This document shows positions 9,489 to 18,082 of a DNA stretch of 32,000 bases, in pieces. The notes below the pieces were generated by a model, which saw only the letters and a program-made list of their open reading frames with translations, did no database searches and was not told where the DNA came from. A program made the position numbers and the translations under genes. This DNA comes from an uncultured Candidatus Saccharimonas sp. (GTDB lineage: Bacteria; Patescibacteriota; Saccharimonadia; Saccharimonadales; Saccharimonadaceae): positions 258,638 to 290,637 of the forward strand of contig CAURWT010000001.1 in the NCBI GenBank assembly GCA_963528875.1, given 5' to 3'. Numbering within the stretch: the stretch's first letter is position 1; each line of letters begins with the position of its first letter.

Positions 9489-9497
9489 TGGTATAAT
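9489..9497 (+). promoter_or_regulatory. Extended -10 promoter (TGgTATAAT) for tRNA-Thr
   Basis: Lies 10 nt upstream of the mature tRNA 5' end. Confidence 0.5.
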
Positions 9498-9507
9498 TTA
9501 AGTATAT

Positions 9508-9583
9508 GCCGATGTAGCTCAGTTGGTAGAGCAACGCACTCGTAACGCGTAGGTCAGCAGTTCAATCCTGCTCATCGGCTCCA
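9508..9583 (+). tRNA. tRNA-Thr (anticodon CGT)
   Basis: Acceptor GCCGATG/CATCGGC, anticodon loop CTCGTAA, T arm AGCAG-TTCAATC-CTGCT, encoded CCA. 76 nt. Confidence 0.9.
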
Positions 9584-9594
9584 ATTTATTTTTT

Positions 9595-9966
9595 ATGAAA
9601 ACAATAGCTAATTTATTTAAACCAATTTTAAAAGACCGCAAAATATTAATTTTGATGGCGTCTGTATTTCTATCTGGAATTATTTTCTTTATTTTTATGA
9701 TTTTAAATACAAAATCATATGATTATCTTTTGAACGTGCGTTATACGGTTTTTGGAACTAGTGAGTTTTATAAAGATTCCTGGACTTATCGGATCATTTT
9801 GGCTGTTTTTGGTCTAATTATTTCATTTATTCATAATATTATTATCGCAAAAATTTATAGCATTTCTGGCAGGCGTGTAGCTGCAATCTTTGCAATTTTT
9901 AGTATTATTCTTGTTCTAGTTGGTATGATAATTATAGGCACTTCAATTCGCGAGATCCCAAACTAA
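9595..9966 (+). CDS. Small integral membrane protein (3-4 TM), unknown function
   Basis: Hydrophobic 123-aa ORF. TAATG coupling to the downstream GT2 gene. ATG lies 11 nt after tRNA-Thr, with no SD. Confidence 0.5.
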   Translation: MKTIANLFKPILKDRKILILMASVFLSGIIFFIFMILNTKSYDYLLNVRYTVFGTSEFYKDSWTYRIILAVFGLIISFIHNIIIAKIYSISGRRVAAIFAIFSIILVLVGMIIIGTSIREIPN

Positions 9967-11654
9967 TGAGCAAGAAAGTTGATATTGAAATTCCACTTGG
10001 AAAGCGAACTTTTAAGTATCGCTTTTTCGAAGTTCTGCCAGCTTTTTTGAGCTTTGGCGCAATTATTTTAATGTTTATACTTTCGGCTTTTTCTCCTTTT
10101 TTGGCCTCTCTCTATCTTTTAACGATCATTACAACTCTTCTCGTTAAGGCTATTGGGATCGCTTATCGAATGATAACGGGTCATCTTCAGATTGAAAAAG
10201 CTCAAAAAGTCGATTGGAATAAACGTCTAAATGAGCTTGAGAATGCTGGAAAATCTTTAGATATTCTCAAAAATCAGAGAAATAACGAATACGAGTTTAA
10301 AAACCACCTTCAAAATTTGAGTGATATTATAAAAAATCCAACTAGCTTTCCAGAGCCCTCAAAGGTAAAAAATGCGGTAATTATTGCAGCTTATAATGAG
10401 CCTTATGAAGTGATCCAGCCAACTATTCAATCTGTTTTGGCTTCAAATTATGATACAAAAAACTTACTTATTTTCTTGGCCTATGAAGAGCGTGGCGGTG
10501 AAGAAATTGAAAAAACTGCAATTAGGCTTAAAAAAGAATTTTCGAAAAGCTTTGGCACTTTTGAAATTGTGAAACACCCAAAAAATCTACCAAATGAAGT
10601 TGTTGGAAAGGGCGGAAATATCACTTTTGCTGGGCGAGCACTTCAAAAATATTGCGAAAACAATAAAATTCCTTTCGAAAATGTACTCGTTACAACGCTT
10701 GATAGCGATAACAAGCCGCATAAGGAATATTTTGCTTGCGCAACTTATAGTTTTATTATTCATGAAGACCGTAAAAAGCTTTCGTATCAGCCGGTTTCAT
10801 TATTTTTGAATAATATTTGGGATGTTCCAGCTCCAATGCGCGTGGTTGCAACCGGTAATTCGTTCTGGAATATCGTCTCAACAATGCGGCCGCACCTTTT
10901 ACGAAATTTTGCTTCACACTCACAGCCTCTTGATGCTTTAGTTGAAATGGATTTTTGGTCAACTCGCACAATTGTTGAAGATGGTCATCAATTCTGGAGA
11001 AGTTATTTTCATTTTGGCGGCGATTATTATGTAGTACCAATTCGTGTGCCAATTTACCAAGATGCAGTTCTAAGTGAAACTTTGCCAAAAACGCTCAAGG
11101 CGCAGTTTATTCAGCTTCGTCGCTGGATGTATGGGGCGAGCGATATACCATATGTTGCTAATTTATACTTTTCGAAAAACCGCAATGTACCAATTATTGA
11201 TGGTTTAATGAAGCTTATTCGCTTGATTGATGGGCATGTGACAGCTGTTTTTCAATCACCAATGGCTGCTTTTGGTGGTTGGGTGCCACTGATTGTTTAT
11301 GCTGCCTCTTCTCGTAGCGTGATCGTGCATCAATTACCGAATGTGATTAGCACACTTCAGCAAGTTGCAACTGTGGGGATTTTCATTACAATCTTAATTA
11401 GCTTAAAAATGCTACCACCACGCCCAGAGCGTTATAAAAAACGTCGTTCTTTATGGATGGTTGTGCAGTGGGTTTACATGCCTGTAACTTCAATATGCTA
11501 TAATGCGGCAGCAGCAGCATATTCGCAAACTCGATTAGCATTCGGTAAATATCTTGATAAATTTGATGTTACTGAAAAGGGGCGAATTGAAGATGTTGAA
11601 CGTGCAAAGGCTGAAAGAGCTAAAAAACGAGCTTTAAAGAAGCAAAAAAAATAA
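9966..11654 (+). CDS. Membrane-embedded family 2 glycosyltransferase (processive synthase type)
   Basis: N- and C-terminal TM blocks flank a GT-A domain: IIAAYNEP, TLDSDN (DxD), EDGHQF, QLRRW (QxxRW). Confidence 0.75.
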   Translation: MSKKVDIEIPLGKRTFKYRFFEVLPAFLSFGAIILMFILSAFSPFLASLYLLTIITTLLVKAIGIAYRMITGHLQIEKAQKVDWNKRLNELENAGKSLDILKNQRNNEYEFKNHLQNLSDIIKNPTSFPEPSKVKNAVIIAAYNEPYEVIQPTIQSVLASNYDTKNLLIFLAYEERGGEEIEKTAIRLKKEFSKSFGTFEIVKHPKNLPNEVVGKGGNITFAGRALQKYCENNKIPFENVLVTTLDSDNKPHKEYFACATYSFIIHEDRKKLSYQPVSLFLNNIWDVPAPMRVVATGNSFWNIVSTMRPHLLRNFASHSQPLDALVEMDFWSTRTIVEDGHQFWRSYFHFGGDYYVVPIRVPIYQDAVLSETLPKTLKAQFIQLRRWMYGASDIPYVANLYFSKNRNVPIIDGLMKLIRLIDGHVTAVFQSPMAAFGGWVPLIVYAASSRSVIVHQLPNVISTLQQVATVGIFITILISLKMLPPRPERYKKRRSLWMVVQWVYMPVTSICYNAAAAAYSQTRLAFGKYLDKFDVTEKGRIEDVERAKAERAKKRALKKQKK

Positions 11655-11982
11655 GTACTCTGAAAAGGGTGCTTTATTTTTTGGTTCAATATTCATTAAA
11701 TTTAAAAGCGGCCAATTTGACCGCCTAATGTAGGAGCATTTGTAAGGTTTTCTTAAACCTTACCAAAAAAGTGCGTCGTCGTTTGGGTGACGAAAATAGC
11801 AGAGGTTATTATGAATGCAACAGTAGTTACTAAAAACTATATAAAAAAATTTTTTTTATTTTGTTTGCCCAAACCTGATTAGACTTTTTCCGAAGCCTAA
11901 TCTCATTTTTATTTTACTGCGTTTTATTTAAAAAAGCAAGCATAATTATGATGTTGAGTATCTTTTTCGAAAGCTAAAAATT

Positions 11983-12060
11983 TTGTTCGCTTTTTTAGTA
12001 AAATTGAGTTTTTGAAAATAAAACATTTCACACGAAAGTCAAACTTAAAAAAGCGAACAA
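11983..12060. repeat. 14-bp perfect inverted repeat (TTGTTCGCTTTTTT / AAAAAAGCGAACAA) enclosing 50 nt
   Basis: Read directly: 11983-11996 versus 12047-12060. Lies in a ~650-bp gene-free region. Confidence 0.6.
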
Positions 12061-12301
12061 TCTAAAATAAATATCTCACCAAATGAATAAAAATTTTCGA
12101 AAGCTGAAAACCAGCTTGTGGAAAAGCTTTGGCGGAATGTGTAAAACTAAAAAATACAATAACGCTATATGTAGGGAAGAAGAAAATATGAAAATAGTGA
12201 TAATTTTTACAAAACTAAAATACCGCACATTGAGTGCGATATCTTAGAACATTGATTATAAAAACTAACAATATAATTAAAGGAATTACTATATTATAAG
12301 T

Positions 12302-12378
12302 TGGTGGGCGATAGAGGACTTGAACCTCTGACTTTCACAACGTCAATGTGACGCTCTAGCCAACTGAGCTAATCGCCC
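12302..12378 (-). tRNA. tRNA-Val (anticodon GAC)
   Basis: Reverse complement folds as GGGCGAT...ATCGCCC acceptor, anticodon stem TCACA/TGTGA, loop TTGACGT, encoded CCA. A minus-strand hairpin plus T-run follows at ~12221-12240. Confidence 0.9.
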
Positions 12379-12465
12379 GTGGTTTTATTTTAGCAAAGCT
12401 TGCAAGAAAATTCAAGTGGTGATAAAATAAAAAGAGTTAAAATATTATTTTCGAAAGGATTTTAA

Positions 12466-14283
12466 GTGGAGAATAAAGAAGAAAAACTTTTTAGAATGCG
12501 CCATAGCCTTGCTCATATTATGGCGGCGGCGGTTCAACAAATTTATAAGGACGCAAAATTTGGTGTTGGCCCAGCAATTAATGATGGTTTTTATTATGAT
12601 ATTGATTTAGGTGAAAATAAAATTTCAGAAAAAAACTTTGGAAAAATTGAAAAAGCTATGCGGCGAATTATTGCCGAAAAGCAAGATTTTGTGCGAAGCG
12701 AAGTTTCGATTGAAGAAGCAATCGAGTGGGCAAAAGAAAATAATCAGCCATATAAATTAGAGCTTTTGAACGATTTAAAAAAAGCCGGCACAACAAATGC
12801 GAAAATTCTTGCTGAGGGCGATTTTGAACTTGGTAACGGCGCTGAAACTGTTAGCTTTTATACTAATGGAAATTATAAAGACTTGTGCCGTGGGCCACAT
12901 CTTTCGAATACTGGAGAAGTTGGCGCTTTTAAATTGATGCGCGTTGCTGGTGCTTATTGGCGTGGTGATGAAAAAAATCCGCAGATGCAGCGTCTTTACG
13001 GTGTGGTTTTCGAAACTCAAGAAGAACTTAATGAATATCTTGAAAGAATGGAAGAAGCTAAAAAACGCGACCACCGCAAACTTGGTAAAGAGCTTGATTT
13101 GTATACCGTTTCTCCACTTGTTGGTATTGGTCTACCACTTTTCACGCCGCGTGGAACAATTTTACGTGATGTTTTAGCGAACTATTCAAATCAATTACGC
13201 AAAAAATACGGTTTCGAAAAAGTTTGGACTCCGCACATTACTAAAAAAGATTTGTATGAAAAATCTGGACACTGGGCTAAATTTGGCGAAGAACTTTTCT
13301 TGGTGAAATCGCAGGTTACTGGCGGTCAATTTGCTTTAAAACCTATGAACTGTCCGCACCATACGCAAATTTTTGCTTCGAATCCAAGAAGTTACAAAGA
13401 TTTACCAATCCGTTATCTTGAAACAACAACAGATTATCGTGATGAACAAACTGGTGAGCTTGGTGGCTTGAATCGTGTTCGTTCTTTAACACAAGATGAT
13501 TCACATATTTTTTGTCGAACTGATCAAATTGAAGGTGAAATTCAAAATTTGTTGGCCGCTGCCCATGAGCTTTATTCTGGAATTGGAATGAAACTTCGAG
13601 TGCGCCTTAGCTATCGTAATAATTCTGATAGCTATCTTGGTGATTTGGTAGTTTGGGAAAGTGCGCAAAGTCAGCTTAAAAAAGCAGTAGTTTCAAATAA
13701 TTTGGATTATTTCGAAGAAGAAGGTGAAGCTGCATTTTACGGGCCAAAAATCGACTTTATGGCAACAGATGCAATTGGCCGTGAACACCAAGTTGCAACG
13801 GTTCAGCTTGATTTTGTTCAGCCTGAGCGATTTGAACTTTCATATAAAAATTCTGAAGGCCAAGACGAACGACCAGTAATGATTCACTGCGCTTTGCTTG
13901 GTTCGATTGAGCGGTTTATGAGTGTTTATATTGAGCATAAAGCTGGTTGGTTTGATTTTTGGGCAGCTCCTGAGCAGGTTCGAATTTTAACAATTAACGA
14001 TACTCTAAATGATTACGTTGAAGAAGTTTCGAAAATTCTTTCAGCTACTGTTCTTAATTCACCAGTTAAATTCAATGAAATTCGTTATTCGGTGGATGAG
14101 CGCAACGAATCATTAGGAAAGAAAATTCGTGAGGCGACTGCAATGAAAATTCCAGTTCAGCTGATTATTGGCCCTAAAGATAAAGAAAATAATGAAGTTA
14201 GTGTTCGCTTTAGGAAAGATGGTGAATTTGTTGAAGAAAAAGTCGCTCTTCAAGATTTAGCGGAATTTATTCGAAAAATATAA
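12466..14283 (+). CDS. thrS: Threonine--tRNA ligase lacking the N-terminal TGS domain
   Basis: 605 aa, GTG start after an AAAGGA SD. The editing-domain motif RHSLAHIMAAA begins at residue 12. DLCRGPH, class II catalytic core and anticodon-binding domain are present. Confidence 0.9.
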   Translation: MENKEEKLFRMRHSLAHIMAAAVQQIYKDAKFGVGPAINDGFYYDIDLGENKISEKNFGKIEKAMRRIIAEKQDFVRSEVSIEEAIEWAKENNQPYKLELLNDLKKAGTTNAKILAEGDFELGNGAETVSFYTNGNYKDLCRGPHLSNTGEVGAFKLMRVAGAYWRGDEKNPQMQRLYGVVFETQEELNEYLERMEEAKKRDHRKLGKELDLYTVSPLVGIGLPLFTPRGTILRDVLANYSNQLRKKYGFEKVWTPHITKKDLYEKSGHWAKFGEELFLVKSQVTGGQFALKPMNCPHHTQIFASNPRSYKDLPIRYLETTTDYRDEQTGELGGLNRVRSLTQDDSHIFCRTDQIEGEIQNLLAAAHELYSGIGMKLRVRLSYRNNSDSYLGDLVVWESAQSQLKKAVVSNNLDYFEEEGEAAFYGPKIDFMATDAIGREHQVATVQLDFVQPERFELSYKNSEGQDERPVMIHCALLGSIERFMSVYIEHKAGWFDFWAAPEQVRILTINDTLNDYVEEVSKILSATVLNSPVKFNEIRYSVDERNESLGKKIREATAMKIPVQLIIGPKDKENNEVSVRFRKDGEFVEEKVALQDLAEFIRKI

Positions 14284-14286
14284 AGT

Positions 14287-15171
14287 ATGAGGAATAACAC
14301 TTTAGTTGTAATCACTGGCCCTACCGCGAGCGGGAAGACGAGCTTGGCTATAAAATTAGCCAAGCTTTTTGGCGGTGAGATTATTTCTGCTGATTCACGT
14401 GCGATTTATAAAGATATTAATATTGCCTCTGCAAAACCAACGATTAAGGAGCAAGAAGGTGTTATGCATTGGGGATTTGATTTAGTTGAGCCCGGAGAGC
14501 GTTTTACTGCAGCAGATTTTAAGGAGTATGCCTATTCTAAGATTGATGATATTTTAGATCGTGGTAAAATTCCATTTTTAGTTGGTGGAACTGGATTATA
14601 TATTGATGCGGTTTTATATGATTATGACTTTGGTGGTGAAGTTGATGATAATTTTCGAAAAGGCCTAAACCAGAGAACTATCGAAGATTTACAAAAGTAT
14701 ATTTTTGAAAATAAAATTGAAATGCCAGAAAATAATAAGAATAAGCGATATTTAATTCGATCAATAGAAAAAAGCATAAGCGGAAAGGGAAAAAGTTGTA
14801 AAAAATACAATAAATATAATAATATTGTTGTAGGAATAACAACTAATCGCGAAGAGCTCCGAGAAAAAATCTTTAAAAGAAATGAACATTTTTTTAACTC
14901 TGGAATAATTGAAGAATACAAAAAAGTTGAACAGAAGTATGGCTCAAATTCTGAAGCAATGACAGCAAATGCTTATCCATTAATTCGAAAGTTTTTGAAT
15001 GGAGAATTGGGTAAAAAGGAACTTATTGATAAGATGTCTGTGCAGGATTGGAGATTAGCTAAAAGACAGATAACTTTTATGAAGAGAAATAAAGATATAG
15101 TGTGGCTTGATTTAAAAGATGCTGAACAATTTATTATTTCGAAAATTAAAAAATGTATAAAAAAGTTGTAA
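14287..15171 (+). CDS. miaA: tRNA dimethylallyltransferase
   Basis: P-loop GPTASGKTSLAI, then ISADSRAIYKDINIASAKPT. Confidence 0.85.
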   Translation: MRNNTLVVITGPTASGKTSLAIKLAKLFGGEIISADSRAIYKDINIASAKPTIKEQEGVMHWGFDLVEPGERFTAADFKEYAYSKIDDILDRGKIPFLVGGTGLYIDAVLYDYDFGGEVDDNFRKGLNQRTIEDLQKYIFENKIEMPENNKNKRYLIRSIEKSISGKGKSCKKYNKYNNIVVGITTNREELREKIFKRNEHFFNSGIIEEYKKVEQKYGSNSEAMTANAYPLIRKFLNGELGKKELIDKMSVQDWRLAKRQITFMKRNKDIVWLDLKDAEQFIISKIKKCIKKL

Positions 15172-15197
15172 AAGGTCTGGTTGATTTTTGAAAAATA

Positions 15198-15206
15198 TGG
15201 TAAAAT
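15198..15206 (+). promoter_or_regulatory. Extended -10 promoter (TGgTAAAAT) 6 nt upstream of ATG 15213
   Basis: Same motif as at the RNA genes. No SD fits between it and the ATG, implying a leaderless mRNA. Confidence 0.45.
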
Positions 15207-15212
15207 AGATTT

Positions 15213-15827
15213 ATGGAACAGAGTATAAATGCACTATTTGGTTCAAAAACGAGGGTTAAACTTTTAAACCTATTTTTCAATAGTCCAGAAGAGAAGTTTT
15301 ATGTTCGTGAAATATCGCGAATTATTGATGAACAAGTTAACTCTGTTCGGAGAGAACTAACCAATCTTGAAAGTGTTAGTGTTGTAAAAAACTCAACAGA
15401 AGATAGGAAGATTTTTTATCAAGCGAACCAGAGGTTTAAATACTACCTTCCGCTAAGGGCGATATTTGCCGGAATCAAAATGAATGAGAGTACTTCTATT
15501 GATAAAAAAATATCTTCTATAGATAGATGGCAGTCTGAAGTTGAGAGCATTCAAAAACAAATAGATATTCTTGTATTATTTGGAGTTTTCGTTGATGATA
15601 TGGATTCGGATATTGATATGTTAATAGTTGGAAATAACCAGGATAAAAAGCTTTCGAATTGGGCTTCAGATATTGAGAAAAAAGAAGGCCGTGAACTAAA
15701 CTATATGATTTTATCTATGGAAGATTTTTACTATCGATATACCACGCAAGATACCTTTATAAAAGGGTTATTTGAAAATAATTACAAAATAGTCTTTGAT
15801 AAAGAGAATATACTTGAAAAATTATAA
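15213..15827 (+). CDS. Winged-helix (ArsR-like) DNA-binding domain fused to a minimal nucleotidyltransferase-like domain
   Basis: N-terminus KFYVREISRIIDEQVNSVRRELTNLE (wHTH). C-terminus LFGVF...DSDIDMLIV (G..DxD NTase-like). Confidence 0.5.
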   Translation: MEQSINALFGSKTRVKLLNLFFNSPEEKFYVREISRIIDEQVNSVRRELTNLESVSVVKNSTEDRKIFYQANQRFKYYLPLRAIFAGIKMNESTSIDKKISSIDRWQSEVESIQKQIDILVLFGVFVDDMDSDIDMLIVGNNQDKKLSNWASDIEKKEGRELNYMILSMEDFYYRYTTQDTFIKGLFENNYKIVFDKENILEKL

Positions 15828-15839
15828 TGGGAGTAAATA

Positions 15840-16478
15840 ATGTTTGATATTGAATATAAGGGCGCAAACAGTATTGTAATTTCTACAAAAAAGATTTCAT
15901 TAATAACTGATCCTAAGCATTCTATTTTTGGTGACAAAGATTTAGTTATTAAAGATGGGGTTGAGCTTGCCACTGAGGAGAGGTTTAAAACTGGTAATGA
16001 AGATTTTAAGCTTTCAATATCCTATCCTGGAAGTTATGAAGTGTCAGATTTTACTATAAATGGCTATCAAGAAAAACGGCATATTGATGAAGACAAAGAT
16101 GGTAAAAAATCTGTAATTTATAGTGTTGAAGTTTGCGGTGTTAGGATTGGTATTTTGGGAAATATTGACCCAAATTTATCTGATGACCAGCTTGAGAACC
16201 TCGGTGTTTTGGATATTTTAGTTTTACCGATTGGCGGTGGCGGATATACTCTAGATGCAACCGCTGCGGCAAATATTGCTAGAAGGTCTGATGCAAAAAT
16301 AATTATTCCCGTTCATTATGCTGATGATGGTGTTAACTACGAAGTTCCTCAATCTGATTTTACACTTTTCGAAAAAGAACTAGGTGTTGATGTTGAAAAA
16401 ACTACAAAGTATAAAGTAAAATCGGCTGCGAGTTTACCTGAGAAAATGACAATAGTTAAAATTGAACGGACAAAATAA
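15840..16478 (+). CDS. MBL-fold (Lactamase_B_3 / UlaG-like) protein; canonical HxHxDH motif not evident
   Basis: ISLITDP..., ILVLPIGGGGYTLDATAAANIARRSDAKIIIPVHY resembles COG2220-type hydrolases. Confidence 0.5.
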   Translation: MFDIEYKGANSIVISTKKISLITDPKHSIFGDKDLVIKDGVELATEERFKTGNEDFKLSISYPGSYEVSDFTINGYQEKRHIDEDKDGKKSVIYSVEVCGVRIGILGNIDPNLSDDQLENLGVLDILVLPIGGGGYTLDATAAANIARRSDAKIIIPVHYADDGVNYEVPQSDFTLFEKELGVDVEKTTKYKVKSAASLPEKMTIVKIERTK

Positions 16479-16488
16479 TATTTTTTAA

Positions 16489-16521
16489 AGAGCTAATCTT
16501 TCGAAGATAGGCTCTTTTTTT
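16489..16521 (+). terminator. Rho-independent terminator
   Basis: AGAGC-TA-ATCTT[TCGA]AAGAT-AG-GCTCT followed by TTTTTTT, with TTCGAA at the apex. A second hairpin (CCCACAA..TTGTGGG, ~16531-16550) serves minus-strand rpmB. Confidence 0.6.
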
Positions 16522-16573
16522 ATATAAGAAAAAACCCACAAAATTGTGGGAATTTTCTTTTGAGATAAAAATA

Positions 16574-16762
16574 TTATAGAATACCTTTTTTCTTCAAAGT
16601 TCGGATAGCTGCGGTGCTCAAATTTAGTCGAACTTTTTTACCATCAATAATAATAGTTTTCTTTTGGATGTTTGGCTTAAAAGTTCGTTTTGTGCGTCGC
16701 AATGAAAAGCTAACGTTGTTTCCGTGTTGCTTTCCTTTTCCTGTTAAATCACATACTGCCAT
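16574..16762 (-). CDS. rpmB: 50S ribosomal protein L28
   Basis: MAVCDLTGKGKQHGNNVSFSLRRTKRTFKPN... Start trimmed to the internal Met at 16762; the track ORF is extended upstream. Confidence 0.85.
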   Translation of the reverse strand: MAVCDLTGKGKQHGNNVSFSLRRTKRTFKPNIQKKTIIIDGKKVRLNLSTAAIRTLKKKGIL

Positions 16763-16799
16763 TTTAACTCTCTTTACTTTAATATTTACAATCTGTTCC

Positions 16800-16828
16800 A
16801 TTATAACGTATTTTTTAAAAAAGGTCAA
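16800..16828 (-). promoter_or_regulatory. Sigma-70-type promoter for rpmB (TTGACC - 17 nt - TATAAT)
   Basis: On the minus strand, -35 is at 16828-16823 and -10 at 16805-16800. Confidence 0.55.
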
Positions 16829-16846
16829 GTGGTGTATAATAGATAT

Positions 16847-17479
16847 ATGGTTTTTATAATATTTATATCTATAATTTCAATATTAGTAGCAATGATTGTT
16901 CATGAATTTTCTCACGGATTCGTCGCCTATTTATTGGGTGATGAAACAGCAAAAAGAGAGGGAAGATTAACCTTAAATCCAATTGCACATTTAGACCCTT
17001 ATATTAGTATTATTTTACCGATATTGTGTGTATTTTCGAATCTTCCTGTAATTGGTGGCGCAAAACCTGTCCCGGTTGATTCTAGGGAGCTTAAATGGGG
17101 CAAATGGGGTATGGCTCTCGTTGCTCTTGCTGGTCCTTTATCTAATTTTATAATGGCGCTCATATCTTTTACGATAATGCATGCTTTAAACTTATCGCAT
17201 GGTGATATTGCGGCTATTTTTGGTAGATTTACATTAATTAATTTGAGTTTGGCGATTTTTAACTTAATTCCGATTCCGCCGCTAGATGGTTCAAAAATTC
17301 TTCAACCATTTGCGCCGGAGTTTATTCAAGATTTTTTTGATAGGCTTGAATCTTATGGTTCGATTTTTATTTTAGCTTTAATGTTTCTGTTTTCTACCGT
17401 AATTTCTAATTATATCAATTTCTCAATGAGTTTTATTCTTGAAGGATTTTCAGCTTTTTTGCGAATTTTTGGTTTGTAG
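16847..17479 (+). CDS. M50 family (site-2 protease / SpoIVFB-like) membrane metalloprotease
   Basis: HEFSHGFVAYLLGD (HExxH) and NLIPIPPLDGSKIL. I prefer ATG 16847, 6 nt downstream of TATAAT (16835-16840), over GTG 16829. Confidence 0.7.
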   Translation: MVFIIFISIISILVAMIVHEFSHGFVAYLLGDETAKREGRLTLNPIAHLDPYISIILPILCVFSNLPVIGGAKPVPVDSRELKWGKWGMALVALAGPLSNFIMALISFTIMHALNLSHGDIAAIFGRFTLINLSLAIFNLIPIPPLDGSKILQPFAPEFIQDFFDRLESYGSIFILALMFLFSTVISNYINFSMSFILEGFSAFLRIFGL

Positions 17480-17526
17480 AATTTAAAACACTGGATTTTT
17501 ATTTTAAAAATTGGTATAATTAAAGT

Positions 17527-17670
17527 AAGCCCTGCTGGCGAATGATTTTTCCTGAATAATCATTGATAGAGGAACTCCAAATGATGATCTACTATCGTGG
17601 TAGTAGGTTGAGGAGGTATCCACCGTGTAATTTTATGCGGGGAAAATATCAAAGTTGGTGGGGCTTTTTA
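17527..17670 (+). ncRNA. Candidate structured small RNA of unknown family (rod-like; 6S-like is only a guess)
   Basis: Own TGgTATAAT promoter at 17512-17520. Strand-specific closing helix GCCCUGCUGGC (17529-39) / GUUGGUGGGGC (17654-64) has 5 G-U pairs and extends via UGAU/AUCA and UUUUCCU/GGGGAAAA. Ends in a T-run. No ORF. Confidence 0.3.
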
Positions 17671-17700
17671 TATTTGTGAAAATTTGATATAATATAAGAT

Positions 17701-18020
17701 AGCTTGTTAGATGGTCGCTAATTTAAAATTAGAGGAAAGTCCGGGCAGCATAGAGCAAGGCAGTTGTTAACGACAACCGAGGGAAACCTTAGGGAAAGTG
17801 CCACAGAAACGATACCGCCTGAAAAGGTAAGGGTGAAAGGAGTGAGGTAAGAGCTCACAGTTGCTCGCGGTGACGCGAAGCAAGAGGTAAACCCTGTCTG
17901 CTGCAAGGAGAATTATAAAAATGGTTGCTCGCCATAATTCGATAACCGCTTGATTTAAGGAGTAATTCTTAAACTAGATAGATGACTATCCATGACAGAA
18001 CCCGGCTTACAGACAAGCTT
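17701..18020 (+). ncRNA. rnpB: RNase P RNA (bacterial type)
   Basis: Conserved GAGGAAAGTCCGGGC and ACAGAACCCGGCTTA blocks. P1 pairing AGCTTGT.../...ACAAGCTT. TGaTATAAT promoter at 17685-17693. Confidence 0.85.
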
Positions 18021-18033
18021 TTAATTTTAAACT

Positions 18034-18073
18034 AAAAATCACACCTCTTTCGAAAGTGTGATTTTTAGTTTTT
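18034..18073. terminator. Bidirectional terminator between rnpB and rplT
   Basis: AAAAATCACAC-[CTCTTTCGAAA]-GTGTGATTTTT, with A-run and T-run flanks. Confidence 0.6.
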
Positions 18074-18082
18074 ATTGAAGAA

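Noticed and set aside
9319-9534. 71-aa ORF on the minus strand
   Set aside because: It spans tRNA-Asp and part of tRNA-Thr, and its translation is an artefact of reading through RNA genes.
17527-17670. Assigning the candidate sRNA as SRP (4.5S) RNA
   Set aside because: The conserved domain IV signature (GNRA tetraloop flanked by the AGGUCAGG / GGAAGCAGC type strands) is absent.
17718-17906. 62-aa ORF on the minus strand
   Set aside because: It lies entirely within RNase P RNA.
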